Shown: piece by piece, positions 19,077 to 28,393 of the stretch | Position numbering within the stretch: position 1 is the first letter of the stretch | Layout: the number at the start of each line of letters is the position of its first letter | Source: a virus | Lineage: Duplodnaviria > Caudoviricetes | Virus record (IMG/VR): IMGVR_UViG_2886098363_000001 | Coordinates: 1 to 64,000 of that record | Strand: one strand, 5' to 3' | Length of the DNA stretch: 64,000 nt | Notes under the pieces: model-generated | The model's input: only the letters and a program-made list of their open reading frames with translations | Told to the model about the DNA's origin: nothing | Databases searched by the model: none | Made by a program: the position numbers and the translations under genes

Positions 19077-19672
19077 GGCTCACCTCCTTGTAACACCGCA
19101 GGCGCGGCGAGATCCGCCCGCACATACGGCACCTCGCAGCCAGTCACGGAATCAGCGCACCAACTCACCTCGCTGGTATCGCTCGGGAATGGCTCGCTGT
19201 GGTAGTGGCTCTGGTCGCCAACCTGCAGCCAGATGCGCTCCGGCGCGGTGCGGATGGTTTCAGTAATTGTCACGGTAGGGGATGGCAGCTGGTCAGCCAG
19301 TAGCGCGTCTATGCGATTATGCAAAGCTCGCGCTTCATCTTCGCCGACACCGCCGCACTCCCAGTTGAACGCATCCATGGCCTCCCTAAGTACCGGTTCA
19401 GAATCCCGTACGAAATCAAGCGCCGCCTTCATACGGCTCTGCACTTGGTCGTGCTGGGCCTGCAGCTCACGGTAGTCCTGCTCGTTCGGGGTGGTAGTGG
19501 CCTCGGTCCAGTCGGCATCTGGTTGCGCTTGTGGGGTGCCAGCCAACGCGGCATCGATGCGATCAAGCAGGTCGCAACCCAGGTAGTGTTCGGAAATGGT
19601 CTGCGGTATCGAGGCACCGATGTATTCGTGTAGATCTCGCAGCAGATCTGTTATGCGCTGCTGTTCGCTCAT
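19040..19672 (-). CDS. Hypothetical early protein (APERIWLQ...YVRADL module)
   Basis: 210-aa ORF overlapping its neighbours. Confidence 0.65.
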   Translation of the reverse strand: MSEQQRITDLLRDLHEYIGASIPQTISEHYLGCDLLDRIDAALAGTPQAQPDADWTEATTTPNEQDYRELQAQHDQVQSRMKAALDFVRDSEPVLREAMDAFNWECGGVGEDEARALHNRIDALLADQLPSPTVTITETIRTAPERIWLQVGDQSHYHSEPFPSDTSEVSWCADSVTGCEVPYVRADLAAPAVLQGGEPCATEPPSFSPA

Positions 19673-20028
19673 ACATCCCCCAGAATTCTGATTTCGTCGT
19701 CCGTCAGGCCAGCGGCCCGGGCCTTGTCCATCACCCGCAGGCGCTCGGCGTTGAGCGCGTCAGCGCGGCGATCTGCGTCGTTGGGCTCGATGATGCTCAC
19801 CGGCGCCAGCCAACTGCCGCGCACCTTCACGGCGATCTCCTTGCTGACGTTGGCGTCGCTCCCCTGGACGCCCTTGCGTATCGCCATGCGTTCCGCGGTT
19901 GCGGGTGAGCCGCAGACGTGGATCGGGTACTGATACCCACGCCCCTCGGTAAGGTCGGTGTTGGTGTAAACCACCCAGACCTCCTTGGTGTCGGTTATGG
20001 TGAGATCGGTCATGACCCCTTCCCCCAC
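19669..20028 (-). CDS. Hypothetical phage protein
   Basis: Coupled ORF; TNTDLTEGRG motif seen in phage proteins. Confidence 0.65.
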   Translation of the reverse strand: MGEGVMTDLTITDTKEVWVVYTNTDLTEGRGYQYPIHVCGSPATAERMAIRKGVQGSDANVSKEIAVKVRGSWLAPVSIIEPNDADRRADALNAERLRVMDKARAAGLTDDEIRILGDV

Positions 20029-20282
20029 TTGCGCATGGCCTGCCGTTTGCTCAGGCCCTTGGCGTTGCCAAAAATCATTTGCCCCATGATCTCCGCCCGG
20101 CTACGACCGACCTCCAACACGCTATCGTCGCCGTGCCGCACCAGCACATACGCCTTCTTGTACTTTCCAGACTTGATTTGCGTGCTGTAGAACGCGAGGC
20201 GAAATGCGGTCCTGAAGCTCTCCGTGTCATCGCTCTCCCTCATGCGCCGGATGTAGAGCGATCCCTTGCGATATTTGCTCAT
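20010..20282 (-). CDS. Hypothetical basic protein
   Basis: Overlaps the rdgC stop. Confidence 0.55.
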   Translation of the reverse strand: MSKYRKGSLYIRRMRESDDTESFRTAFRLAFYSTQIKSGKYKKAYVLVRHGDDSVLEVGRSRAEIMGQMIFGNAKGLSKRQAMRKWGKGS

Positions 20283-21190
20283 AGCGGGGCCTCCTCACCA
20301 CCCAGGGCATTGAACAGGGCCGGGATGAATTGGGAGAGCTCGCCGGTCACCAGGGCGAAGTCTGCGTCCAGGCGGGCGGCGGGATCTTCGCTGGTCACAT
20401 CATCGTTCTGCTCGCGCAGCTCCTCGCTGAACTTCAGGCGCTTGATGGAGAGGTCATCGCCCAGCACGAAGCTGATGCTCTCGCCCCAACTCAGGGCTAG
20501 CTTGGTCACCAGCTTGTCGTTGGCGAGGTGGTTTTTCACCTCGTCGGTCATCAGGTCCTGCTGTTTGAAGCGGGCGATGCCGCCATGCTGCTGGGCGCTG
20601 CGCAGTTCGGATTCGTCTTCAAGCAGGAACGGGGCGGGCACGATGCTCTTGCTCAGCCACTCGGTCATGGTGATCTCGGGCGGGTTCTTCAGAGCCACCG
20701 GCACCACCGGCAGGCTGCCAATGGACTTGCGCAGCAGGGCGAGCACGTCGTCCGCCTTCTTGGCGGAGGAGGCATCGACCATCAGCAGGCCGTCTGCCGG
20801 GTTGATCCAGGCGAAGGTCTGGCTGGTGCGGCTGAATGCCCGGGGCAGCAGGGTGTGCAGCAGCTCCTCCTTGAGCGCTTCCTTCTCTTTCTTCTTGAGG
20901 GCGCGGCCCTGCTCGTACTCGATGGCCTCCACCTTCTCTGCCAGCGCCTCCTTGATGACGGCGGTCGGCAGGATCTTGTCCTCGCGGCGGGCACACAGCA
21001 GGATCTGGCCGTTGGCGACATGGGTCAGGGTACGACCGAACTTGCCGAGAGGGCGGGTCCAGCCGAAGCGGGAGAGGTCTTGGCTGCCGCAGGGGGTGAA
21101 GGCGCATTCCTCGAGCTGGGTTTCCAGCTGTTCGGCGGTCAACTCGAACGGGCGGGTGAAGCGGTAAACTTGAAGGTTTTTAAACCACAT
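20279..21190 (-). CDS. rdgC: Recombination-associated protein RdgC
   Basis: MWFKNLQVYRF...PCGSQDLSRFGW...KILPTAVIKE...LDADFALVTGE. Confidence 0.95.
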   Translation of the reverse strand: MWFKNLQVYRFTRPFELTAEQLETQLEECAFTPCGSQDLSRFGWTRPLGKFGRTLTHVANGQILLCARREDKILPTAVIKEALAEKVEAIEYEQGRALKKKEKEALKEELLHTLLPRAFSRTSQTFAWINPADGLLMVDASSAKKADDVLALLRKSIGSLPVVPVALKNPPEITMTEWLSKSIVPAPFLLEDESELRSAQQHGGIARFKQQDLMTDEVKNHLANDKLVTKLALSWGESISFVLGDDLSIKRLKFSEELREQNDDVTSEDPAARLDADFALVTGELSQFIPALFNALGGEEAPL

Positions 21191-21219
21191 GGTCTGGGTC
21201 CTTTGGTCGGTTTGGTCGG

Positions 21220-21399
21220 TTAGTTGCGGGCTTTCTTGGCCTGCAGGTCGTGGATCTTCTTGGCTGCGGCCTCGGCGGTTTGCCGGTCGCAGGTGATGCC
21301 GCCGGGCAGGATGAATTTGCCGGGCTGCTTGGGATCGGGCATGACGACGCCCAACCCGATGACTACTGCACCGCAGTAGGGGTTTTCCGTGGCTTTCAT
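21220..21399 (-). CDS. Small conserved phage protein
   Basis: MKATENPYCGAVVIGLGVVMP...ILPGG. Confidence 0.5.
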   Translation of the reverse strand: MKATENPYCGAVVIGLGVVMPDPKQPGKFILPGGITCDRQTAEAAAKKIHDLQAKKARN

Positions 21400-21457
21400 G
21401 GGGGTCCTCGACTTATCCACCGTTTCTGTGTGGCCTGCGGTGGATGGGTTGGGGGTA

Positions 21458-22036
21458 TCAGGCGGCAGCGCTGATGGGCTCTGCTCCGGCAAGCAGCAGG
21501 GTGAGCTTGCTGACATCGCGGATCCGGCATTCACCGCGCCAGTTTGGGGCGAAGATGAGGAGCATGGAGCCCTTGGGGTTGCCCTTCATCTCCTCGCCGG
21601 TGGCCTTGTTGATGAAGCTCACCCGGCCGTTGCGCCATTTGCCATTGGCATCGTGGTAACCAGTGATGTGGCGAACTTCGCTGGCGCGCTCACCGGGGTA
21701 CCATTCCGTGCTGGTGTCCTGGGGTACCAGCATGACGGTACCAATGCCGCGCCCCTGCTGCTCGATGGCCTTCTCAACCCACGGCCCGATATCGGAGTAG
21801 GGCGGATTGAGCCAGGCCCATGGGGCCCGCGCCGACGGGCTGATAAAGTCGCCCCAGTCCACGCTCAGGGCGTCGATATCCGGTGTTAGGTACTTCTCGC
21901 AGAGCGCCGTTTCCGGCAGTGCGGCGGCATCAAGGGCGAAGTTGAATTCCAGATCCATCGCCCGGAACAGCCAGAGCGGTGTCTGGGTCATGTCGCGGGT
22001 GGCTTCTGGAGTGGTGGAGCCGCGGTAGTCAGCCAT
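21458..22036 (-). CDS. dam: Phage DNA N6-adenine methyltransferase
   Basis: QTPLWLF, FALDAAA, catalytic WLNPPYS. Confidence 0.9.
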   Translation of the reverse strand: MADYRGSTTPEATRDMTQTPLWLFRAMDLEFNFALDAAALPETALCEKYLTPDIDALSVDWGDFISPSARAPWAWLNPPYSDIGPWVEKAIEQQGRGIGTVMLVPQDTSTEWYPGERASEVRHITGYHDANGKWRNGRVSFINKATGEEMKGNPKGSMLLIFAPNWRGECRIRDVSKLTLLLAGAEPISAAA

Positions 22037-22643
22037 TGGCGGCCTCCTTGCTGGCGTTGTACTGCTGAATCCCCCAGACGATAGCGTGCAGGATCCACAG
22101 GTAGTGGTGGCTGTATCGCTTCATCGTCAGCCCCTCCATCAACTCATATTGGCTTGGCAGGTCTGAATCGTGGATAGCCTGGCAGGCCTGAAACTCGTGG
22201 CTGTAGCTCTCTTCGCAGATTTCATTGACCGCGCTGATAATGCCTGAGCAGTCCTTGCCATCTTCTTCACAATCTTGTTGCAGCTCCGCTATCCACTCCT
22301 GCAGCCCAGACTTGAAGGATTCCTCGTCAAACTCCATGCAGATTTCATCGCAGCGGCCAGAAGCTCCCATCTGGAGTTTTTCGCCCCAGTACCGCGGATT
22401 GACGCCCTTCTCGAAGTTGCCACCGAAGAACTCGAACATGTCGGCGGTTCGGCTGAATGTCCATGTCCCCATGTCGCCGCAGACCGTGAGGTGGCCAGGC
22501 CATGTAACCAGGTCGAAGCGGTAGACAGAGCTGCCACGGTTAGAAAACTCAAGGTGACGGTAAAGGCCATCATCACGATGCACCTTCATGGTGTGTTCAG
22601 AGGTGTCGCGCAGAAAATCATTTTTCGCTTGCTGGGTGCTCAT
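22029..22643 (-). CDS. Conserved hypothetical phage protein
   Basis: 204-aa coupled ORF. Confidence 0.7.
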   Translation of the reverse strand: MSTQQAKNDFLRDTSEHTMKVHRDDGLYRHLEFSNRGSSVYRFDLVTWPGHLTVCGDMGTWTFSRTADMFEFFGGNFEKGVNPRYWGEKLQMGASGRCDEICMEFDEESFKSGLQEWIAELQQDCEEDGKDCSGIISAVNEICEESYSHEFQACQAIHDSDLPSQYELMEGLTMKRYSHHYLWILHAIVWGIQQYNASKEAANG

Positions 22644-23857
22644 GCCGCCTCCTTGTGCTGTTCAGCCTGCTGGTTGGCTGCAAACTGCTCCTCCCACAGC
22701 TTCACCTTGAGCTCGCAGGCGTAGACGATCTGGCCGACCAGCTTCTCGCCGATACCCTTCACCTTGTCCAGCTTGTTCCCCTGGTGGCTCATCACCTTGT
22801 AGAGGGTGTCGATCCCGGCCTCCTCCAGCGGCTTGATGGTGCGCGGCGGCAGGCCGCATTCATGGATGCTGACTGTCTTGGCCCATTCGGTGCGGGGTTG
22901 CAGGTGGGGGTGACTCTGCTCCAGTGCTTCCTGCATGAAGTCGAAGATGTCCTGAGTCATGTCGTCCGGGGCCCCGGCACCATAGGGCGTCGGGTAGATG
23001 GGGTTCATCCACTGGCTCAGCATGACCGAGCAGCCGGAGCCATCGGATTTCATGGCGTGCAGCTTCCAGTTGAGGTCGTTGATGAGGTAGGGGAGGTTGG
23101 ATTTCAGGCCATGATCCACCAGGTAGACGTTCCAGAGCATGCCATCCTCACCCTTGTAGGTGTTGGCGAGGTGTTTGTGCCAGACCAGCTTGGCGGCGCG
23201 GGCGCTTTCCAGCTCCATGATGACGGTGTGGCGGCGCTCCAGTTCACGATCCTGATCGTTGATGACGCCCAGCAGCTCACTGATACGGCGCTCCAGCTTC
23301 AACACTTCAGCGCGGTAGGCTGCCTCGTTGCTCTTGTGCTTGGCGATGGCGGTGCGCTGCTCCTCAAGCAGCTCGTTCTTCTCCTTGATGCGGCGTTTCA
23401 TGCCTGCCGGATCCATGGCGTTGAGGTCGGCCAGTTGGCGTTCGAGCTGGCGGGCGCTGTATTGCAGGGCGCTGTATTTGGTCTGGACGTCGTTCAGGGC
23501 GCGCTGGGCCTTATAGAGCTCGTCGGCCTTGGCTTCCAACCCGGTGGCGCCTTCTTGTCGTGCGGTAGTAATGCGCTGCTCGGCTTCGGCAATCTGCTGG
23601 CGCAGCTCGCTGACCAGGGCCGCCTGGGTGAGCAGCTCGCCATCCCGGCCTTCCAGCTCGCCGATCAGGGTGTTGAACTCGTCGATATGGGCGTTGGCGG
23701 CCTCGCTGATCATGGTCAGGTTGGCGGTGAGCAGGGTTTCGAAGCTGCCGATGGCGGCCTTGGCCGGGGCGTCCGGCATCAGCAGGATGTTGCGGATCTG
23801 GCTGGTGAGGGTGTTCAGGGCGAGACTGGTCGCCTCGCTGGGGTTCAGCGTGGTCAT
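22640..23857 (-). CDS. Coiled-coil protein with C-terminal RNAP alpha-CTD/HhH-like domain
   Basis: SIHECGLPPRTIKPLEEAGIDTL...LDKVKGIGEKLVGQI resembles the alpha-CTD fold. Confidence 0.65.
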   Translation of the reverse strand: MTTLNPSEATSLALNTLTSQIRNILLMPDAPAKAAIGSFETLLTANLTMISEAANAHIDEFNTLIGELEGRDGELLTQAALVSELRQQIAEAEQRITTARQEGATGLEAKADELYKAQRALNDVQTKYSALQYSARQLERQLADLNAMDPAGMKRRIKEKNELLEEQRTAIAKHKSNEAAYRAEVLKLERRISELLGVINDQDRELERRHTVIMELESARAAKLVWHKHLANTYKGEDGMLWNVYLVDHGLKSNLPYLINDLNWKLHAMKSDGSGCSVMLSQWMNPIYPTPYGAGAPDDMTQDIFDFMQEALEQSHPHLQPRTEWAKTVSIHECGLPPRTIKPLEEAGIDTLYKVMSHQGNKLDKVKGIGEKLVGQIVYACELKVKLWEEQFAANQQAEQHKEAA

Positions 23858-23906
23858 GGTTGGTCCTCTGGGATTGCAAAAGCCCCGTTGGCGGCGGGGC
23901 GGGTGA

Positions 23907-24995
23907 TCAGTAGTTGATGGTCAGGTGGTCGATCTTGTTGCTGGCGATGTGCTTGATGAGGTTGATGGCTTTCCCCTCATCGATCCCCAAGCCCATCAGG
24001 TCCATCAGGATGGCGTTGTTGATGGTGCGGCGGTGCTCCATGTCGGCGGCGCGCGCAGCATCCTCTGCGGCTTTCTGGCGCTGCTCGTCAGCGATGCGCT
24101 GACGCTCTTCCTCAGCAGCGCGAGCGGCGGCCTCTTCCGCCTGGCGTGCAGCGTTTGCTTCGGCCTGCTGGCGGGCCAGCTCGGCGGCTTCGGAATCACG
24201 CCGGGCCTGCTCTGCAGCCTGCTGTGCCACCTGGGCTTGGCGTTGGGCCTCTTGCTCGCGGTGCTGGGCGGCTTCACGCTCCAGGCGCTGGCGATTCTCT
24301 TCCTGAAGGCGGGCTTGCTCCGCCGCCTGCTCGGCTATCAGGCGCTCGCGGTCGATGCGATCCTGTTCGGCCTGCTTCTGGCGCAGCTGCTCCAGCTCGG
24401 CCTGCTCGGCTTCGTACTTCTGGCGGGCTGCCAGGGCCTCGCCGAGGCGCTTGGCGGCGAGCTCCTTGGCTACGGTCGCCTGGGGCAGCAGCTCTTGCCA
24501 GGTGTCGTCCAGGGGATTCTGCTCGGCCTCCTGCAGCATGGCCTGCAGGTTGGCGGCGGCGATCTCGATGCTGGCAGAGGATCCCAGTTCATTGAGGCGG
24601 GCCAGTCGGGATTGCAGTGCTGCCACCCGGGCCTCCTCTGCCGCTTCGTACTGGGTGAGCGGGGCGCGCACCTCGTCTTTCAAGGTGTCCAGGGTGTCGC
24701 GCAGGGTTTTGCGGTTGGCGTCGATGCGCTTGGGGATCTCCTTGTACTGGTCGGTCAGCTCTTTGCCGAGCCCGTCCAGGTAGGTCTTGGTGCGGGCAAC
24801 GGCATGGGCGACGCTGGCGATCTCCTTGCGGCCCTTGGCGGTGGTGATGTCGGGTACCAGGCTGGTTGCCTTCTGGCGAATGTCGGCCAGCAGTTCAGCC
24901 ACGCCCTGGCCCTCGGTGAACAGGGCGACGGCGGTAGTGGGTTCGATGACAACCAGTTGGGCCTGGGTGTTGTCGGTCTTGGCTTGTTCGGTCAT
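23907..24995 (-). CDS. Coiled-coil phage protein of the recombination region
   Basis: 362 aa, A/E/Q/R-rich; follows bet after a terminator. Confidence 0.75.
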   Translation of the reverse strand: MTEQAKTDNTQAQLVVIEPTTAVALFTEGQGVAELLADIRQKATSLVPDITTAKGRKEIASVAHAVARTKTYLDGLGKELTDQYKEIPKRIDANRKTLRDTLDTLKDEVRAPLTQYEAAEEARVAALQSRLARLNELGSSASIEIAAANLQAMLQEAEQNPLDDTWQELLPQATVAKELAAKRLGEALAARQKYEAEQAELEQLRQKQAEQDRIDRERLIAEQAAEQARLQEENRQRLEREAAQHREQEAQRQAQVAQQAAEQARRDSEAAELARQQAEANAARQAEEAAARAAEEERQRIADEQRQKAAEDAARAADMEHRRTINNAILMDLMGLGIDEGKAINLIKHIASNKIDHLTINY

Positions 24996-25043
24996 GACGG
25001 GTCCTTAGGATTGAAAAGGCCCGCAGTGAGCGGGCCTGATGAG

Positions 25044-26972
25044 TTATTGCTGGGCGCCGTTCCCGGCACTGAGTTGCTTCTTGCGCTCGCCGGCGATCTG
25101 CTTGATACCTGCGATGATGTTCTGGTCGCCGGTTTCGTTGGCCCAGGTCCAGGCGGTGGTGTAGGCCTGCTGCCATTCGGTGGTATCACATGCCCCCTCG
25201 ATGGCGGCGCAGTGGTCGGCGTAGGCGTTGGCGTGGTCCGCCTGGGCGGGTTCGGCCATCTGCTCATGCTCCAGGGTGACCGATTCGATGCTCTGGCCGC
25301 GGATGGCATCCAGGGTGCGGCTCTTTGCCGGTGCGCCATGCTGCGGTTGGCTACCTGGGATCTCGTTGATGATGATCTCCTTGCCCTCCATCTCCTCGGC
25401 GGTGGGCTCGCTACCGATCTCCGGCCAGGCCTTGCGTAGCGCCTGCGCTTCTGTGCAATTTCCACACAGCATAGACAGCCCCTTGCGACGAACAACGATG
25501 ACGCCGGATGGCACAGTGACGCACCATACTTGGCCACCTATGTTTGGTTGAATGGTTAGTGAGGCGCGGTTCTTCTCAACGCCCTTTACCACCGGAGAGC
25601 TGATGGTTTCCGAGAGTGTGAACCGGCTACATTGGCCAAGGTCGCTATTTTGAACAGCAGCAACGCTTATCGAGTAGCCAGCTTGCACGGCCAGCACCTC
25701 GAAGGCTTTAATGACATTGGCGTTCGACTGGTGTAACCGCCGCACCGAACCATTATGTGATCCGTCGAACTCCAAAAGGGCATCAACGACAATCCGCGCT
25801 TGGCGCACCGAAAGACTTAGCGCCCACTCAGGGCTTACAGATTTGTCGTGGCACATGATGCCGTTGACCAGCGCTGCGTCATATGTGAATGACTGTTTGT
25901 TACTGGTCGTAGTTATGGGACGATCACCACCGCTGATCCGGCCTGCATCCCGTTTTATTGTCTTTCGCATGTGCAACTTGAGTGAATCAAGTGCGAGCAC
26001 CTTGTATGGGCGCGATACGGCGATGCGGTACTGGTGATAGCCGGTATGTGAACCATCCGCCAGCAAATACCCAACCAGAGCCAGCAGGGAATCTGAAAAT
26101 GGTGCGTCTCCACGGTTTCCCAAAACTGTGCGAGGAATGCTCCATTTATCAGAATCCGTGGTGGCTTGCTCGTAAAGCAACCCCGCCTCGACCCTGCCCT
26201 GATTCGTGATCATGTCGTGATTTGGCGTCACGCAGAAATTTAGGCGAGTGCCATCGGCAACGACCATGGGGCCGTCATAACTCTGAACGAATGGTACAGC
26301 ATCGGTGTATTCGAGTCCGGCATCGGTAACCTGCAAAATACGACCTGTAACTTGGGCGAATCGTTGGAACCCCTCGGAAGTAAGCACCTCAGTCTCCGAG
26401 TCAAAACATTTTGCCAGCTGGGCATACGGACGCTTACGCCACATGGCGTTGGGGCACTCGGTCTTTCCGCTCTGGGTTGCGTAGTTCTCCTTCCAGCGCT
26501 CCAGGGCGTGGAAGGCAACCCGCTGGCCGTTGACCATCTTATAGACGGTGTACTTGCACCACTGCGGGTAGGTGACCTTGATCTTGGCGCTCTGGTTGTA
26601 GGGGTCTTGGAACTCTTCGGTGACATCCGGCCCGAACACGGGTTCATCGGCCCCCGCGTAGTTGCCGGAGCGATCGGCCTGGATCCGGTACATGCCGATC
26701 CCGGGCATCGGCACATCCCGCCAGACCTTCTCTTTGCTGCGGGCATCGGTTACCTGCATGGGGACGAGGTGGACCGGCTTGAGCAGAATATCCAGGCCGC
26801 GCGCCTTACAGTAGTCGATGGCCATGACCACCGAATCGGGGTTGGCTCCCGGGTAAATGGTGTTGCACAGGGCGTTCCAGGTCGGCTCGTCGATGCCTCG
26901 CTGGACAAGAATGGGGAACTGGGCGGCGAAGTTATCGGCCGCCTGCTGTTTGAGGCTGGTGATGTTGCTCAT
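25044..26972 (-). CDS. bet: Bet-like single-strand annealing protein precursor containing an intein
   Basis: YCKARGLDILLKPVHLVP, GIGMYRIQADRSG, MWRKRPYAQLAK|CTEAQALRKAWPE once the insert is removed. Confidence 0.9.
   Translation of the reverse strand: MSNITSLKQQAADNFAAQFPILVQRGIDEPTWNALCNTIYPGANPDSVVMAIDYCKARGLDILLKPVHLVPMQVTDARSKEKVWRDVPMPGIGMYRIQADRSGNYAGADEPVFGPDVTEEFQDPYNQSAKIKVTYPQWCKYTVYKMVNGQRVAFHALERWKENYATQSGKTECPNAMWRKRPYAQLAKCFDSETEVLTSEGFQRFAQVTGRILQVTDAGLEYTDAVPFVQSYDGPMVVADGTRLNFCVTPNHDMITNQGRVEAGLLYEQATTDSDKWSIPRTVLGNRGDAPFSDSLLALVGYLLADGSHTGYHQYRIAVSRPYKVLALDSLKLHMRKTIKRDAGRISGGDRPITTTSNKQSFTYDAALVNGIMCHDKSVSPEWALSLSVRQARIVVDALLEFDGSHNGSVRRLHQSNANVIKAFEVLAVQAGYSISVAAVQNSDLGQCSRFTLSETISSPVVKGVEKNRASLTIQPNIGGQVWCVTVPSGVIVVRRKGLSMLCGNCTEAQALRKAWPEIGSEPTAEEMEGKEIIINEIPGSQPQHGAPAKSRTLDAIRGQSIESVTLEHEQMAEPAQADHANAYADHCAAIEGACDTTEWQQAYTTAWTWANETGDQNIIAGIKQIAGERKKQLSAGNGAQQ
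25458..26408 (-). mobile_element. 317-aa intein with LAGLIDADG homing endonuclease
   Basis: Begins CFDSETEVLT; block B VTPNH; GYLLADG and ALLEFDG motifs; ends VIVVRRKGLSMLCGN before Cys+1; AT-richer than flanks. Confidence 0.92.
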
Positions 26973-27814
26973 GCTGCTTTCCTTGTCGCCCAGGCTGGGC
27001 GCTGGAGGGGTTTGAAGTCGTGCCAGTCGTTGTTGACCCGGCAGTCGTGGAAGCGATGGAGGTCGCGGCGGAACAGGTCCTTGCCCGCATCCTTCCAGTC
27101 ATCCGTCAGGGGGCGCACCCGCACCGGGTAGCGGCCACAGTTCACGCTGGTGCTGACAGCCAGAAAGACGAATTCCGGCTCCTCGCCCATCACCCGGTGG
27201 AAGCCTTCGGAGTACATGGCATCCTGCACGTGGTAGCGGAAGTCCTCGACATGGCGCTCGAAGCGCCCCATATCGTCCACCGACTTCACGTCGATCATGA
27301 TGGGGTGATTGCTCAGGTGGCGGTCGGGGCGGATCCGGCACAGCTCCTGGGTCTGGGGGTCAATCCAGTAGAAGGAGGCCTCGCTGTGCCCTTCCTGCTC
27401 CAGCAGCCAGCGGGCGTCCGGGTGGGCCATCACGCTGTCGCGCATCAGGTAGAGCTTGCGTCCCTCCTCGGCATCCATCACCGTCTTGCCCAGCTCTGCG
27501 CAGCTGGCTAGGAACTCAGCCTCTTCTGCCTTGCCGGCGTTGGTGCGGCGGTTGAACGGTGGGGCGATGATGAAGCGGTCTTTGAACTCGTCGGGCTCCA
27601 GCAGCAGGCAGTGGATGGCGCTGCCCATGTCGAAGGCCTTGAGCTTCTCCTCATCTACCGGGGCATTCTTGGCCCAGATATAGGTGGCTGGGCTTTCGGC
27701 GATCTGGTCGAGCTGGCTTTTGCTGACCCCGGGGCCAGCGTGGTACTCCTCGTTGGAGAGGCCGAACACCCGGCCAAGCAGGTGCGCGGTGGAGGTGTCG
27801 GCGATGGCATTCAT
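26969..27814 (-). CDS. recE: RecE/exodeoxyribonuclease VIII-like PD-(D/E)XK exonuclease
   Basis: LSNEEYHAGPGVSKSQLD, GSAIHCLLLEP, CRIRPD, IDVKS, YHVQDAMY. Confidence 0.9.
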   Translation of the reverse strand: MNAIADTSTAHLLGRVFGLSNEEYHAGPGVSKSQLDQIAESPATYIWAKNAPVDEEKLKAFDMGSAIHCLLLEPDEFKDRFIIAPPFNRRTNAGKAEEAEFLASCAELGKTVMDAEEGRKLYLMRDSVMAHPDARWLLEQEGHSEASFYWIDPQTQELCRIRPDRHLSNHPIMIDVKSVDDMGRFERHVEDFRYHVQDAMYSEGFHRVMGEEPEFVFLAVSTSVNCGRYPVRVRPLTDDWKDAGKDLFRRDLHRFHDCRVNNDWHDFKPLQRPAWATRKAA

Positions 27815-28176
27815 GCTGCGCTCCTGTGTTGGTACTGCTCCCATTGCTCCTCGCTCATGGCGTCGTGCAGGGCGGCGAGGTGACAACCCCATTCTTCCTT
27901 GGCCAGGGCGGCCAGGGCGGCGTCCATCAGCTGCTTGGTGAGCTGCATCAGCGGGGCAGGATCGCCCTCGGTCATCAGCAGGAACATCGCCTGGTTGAGC
28001 TGCAGGCCCTGGTCGTAGTTCACCTCGGCCAGCAGGGTGGACAGGTCGGTATCGAGTTCCCCGGCCAGTAGCAGGGGGCGGTTGGCCGCGGTCCACTCGG
28101 CGACCCACTCGGCCTTGGCGTTGGCCTCGGCCTCGCGGCTTTCGAGCAGGGCGAGCATTTCGTTATCTCGGGTCAT
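27811..28176 (-). CDS. Hypothetical phage protein
   Basis: Coupled to recE. Confidence 0.7.
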   Translation of the reverse strand: MTRDNEMLALLESREAEANAKAEWVAEWTAANRPLLLAGELDTDLSTLLAEVNYDQGLQLNQAMFLLMTEGDPAPLMQLTKQLMDAALAALAKEEWGCHLAALHDAMSEEQWEQYQHRSAA

Positions 28177-28178
28177 GG

Positions 28179-28370
28179 CTAGAGCTCCTGGGCAAGTCGC
28201 TGAGCACGCCGTTCGTGATACTCCTCGATGGCACGGCGGGTGGCGGCCTTGGTCTTGGCCATCCGCTTTTGCTCGGCGGATGGGGCGGCGTCTACGTCAT
28301 ATTTGCGGCGGGTGGGTGGCACCATCGCGCCGCGAAAGCCCATCAGCTGGGCTTCGGTCAGTGGTTTCAT
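28179..28370 (-). CDS. Small hypothetical protein
   Basis: GGACCCAGACCATG start context. Confidence 0.6.
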   Translation of the reverse strand: MKPLTEAQLMGFRGAMVPPTRRKYDVDAAPSAEQKRMAKTKAATRRAIEEYHERRAQRLAQEL

Positions 28371-28393
28371 GGTCTGGGTCCTGTGGTGGTTGA

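Noticed and set aside
22655-25439. Long plus-strand ORFs (420 aa, 504 aa) and similar long antisense ORFs at 34775-35593, 42078-43280, 44624-46225, 47112-48113 and 48704-49693
   Set aside because: They are shadow frames opposite well-supported GC-rich genes, with no RBS or motifs.
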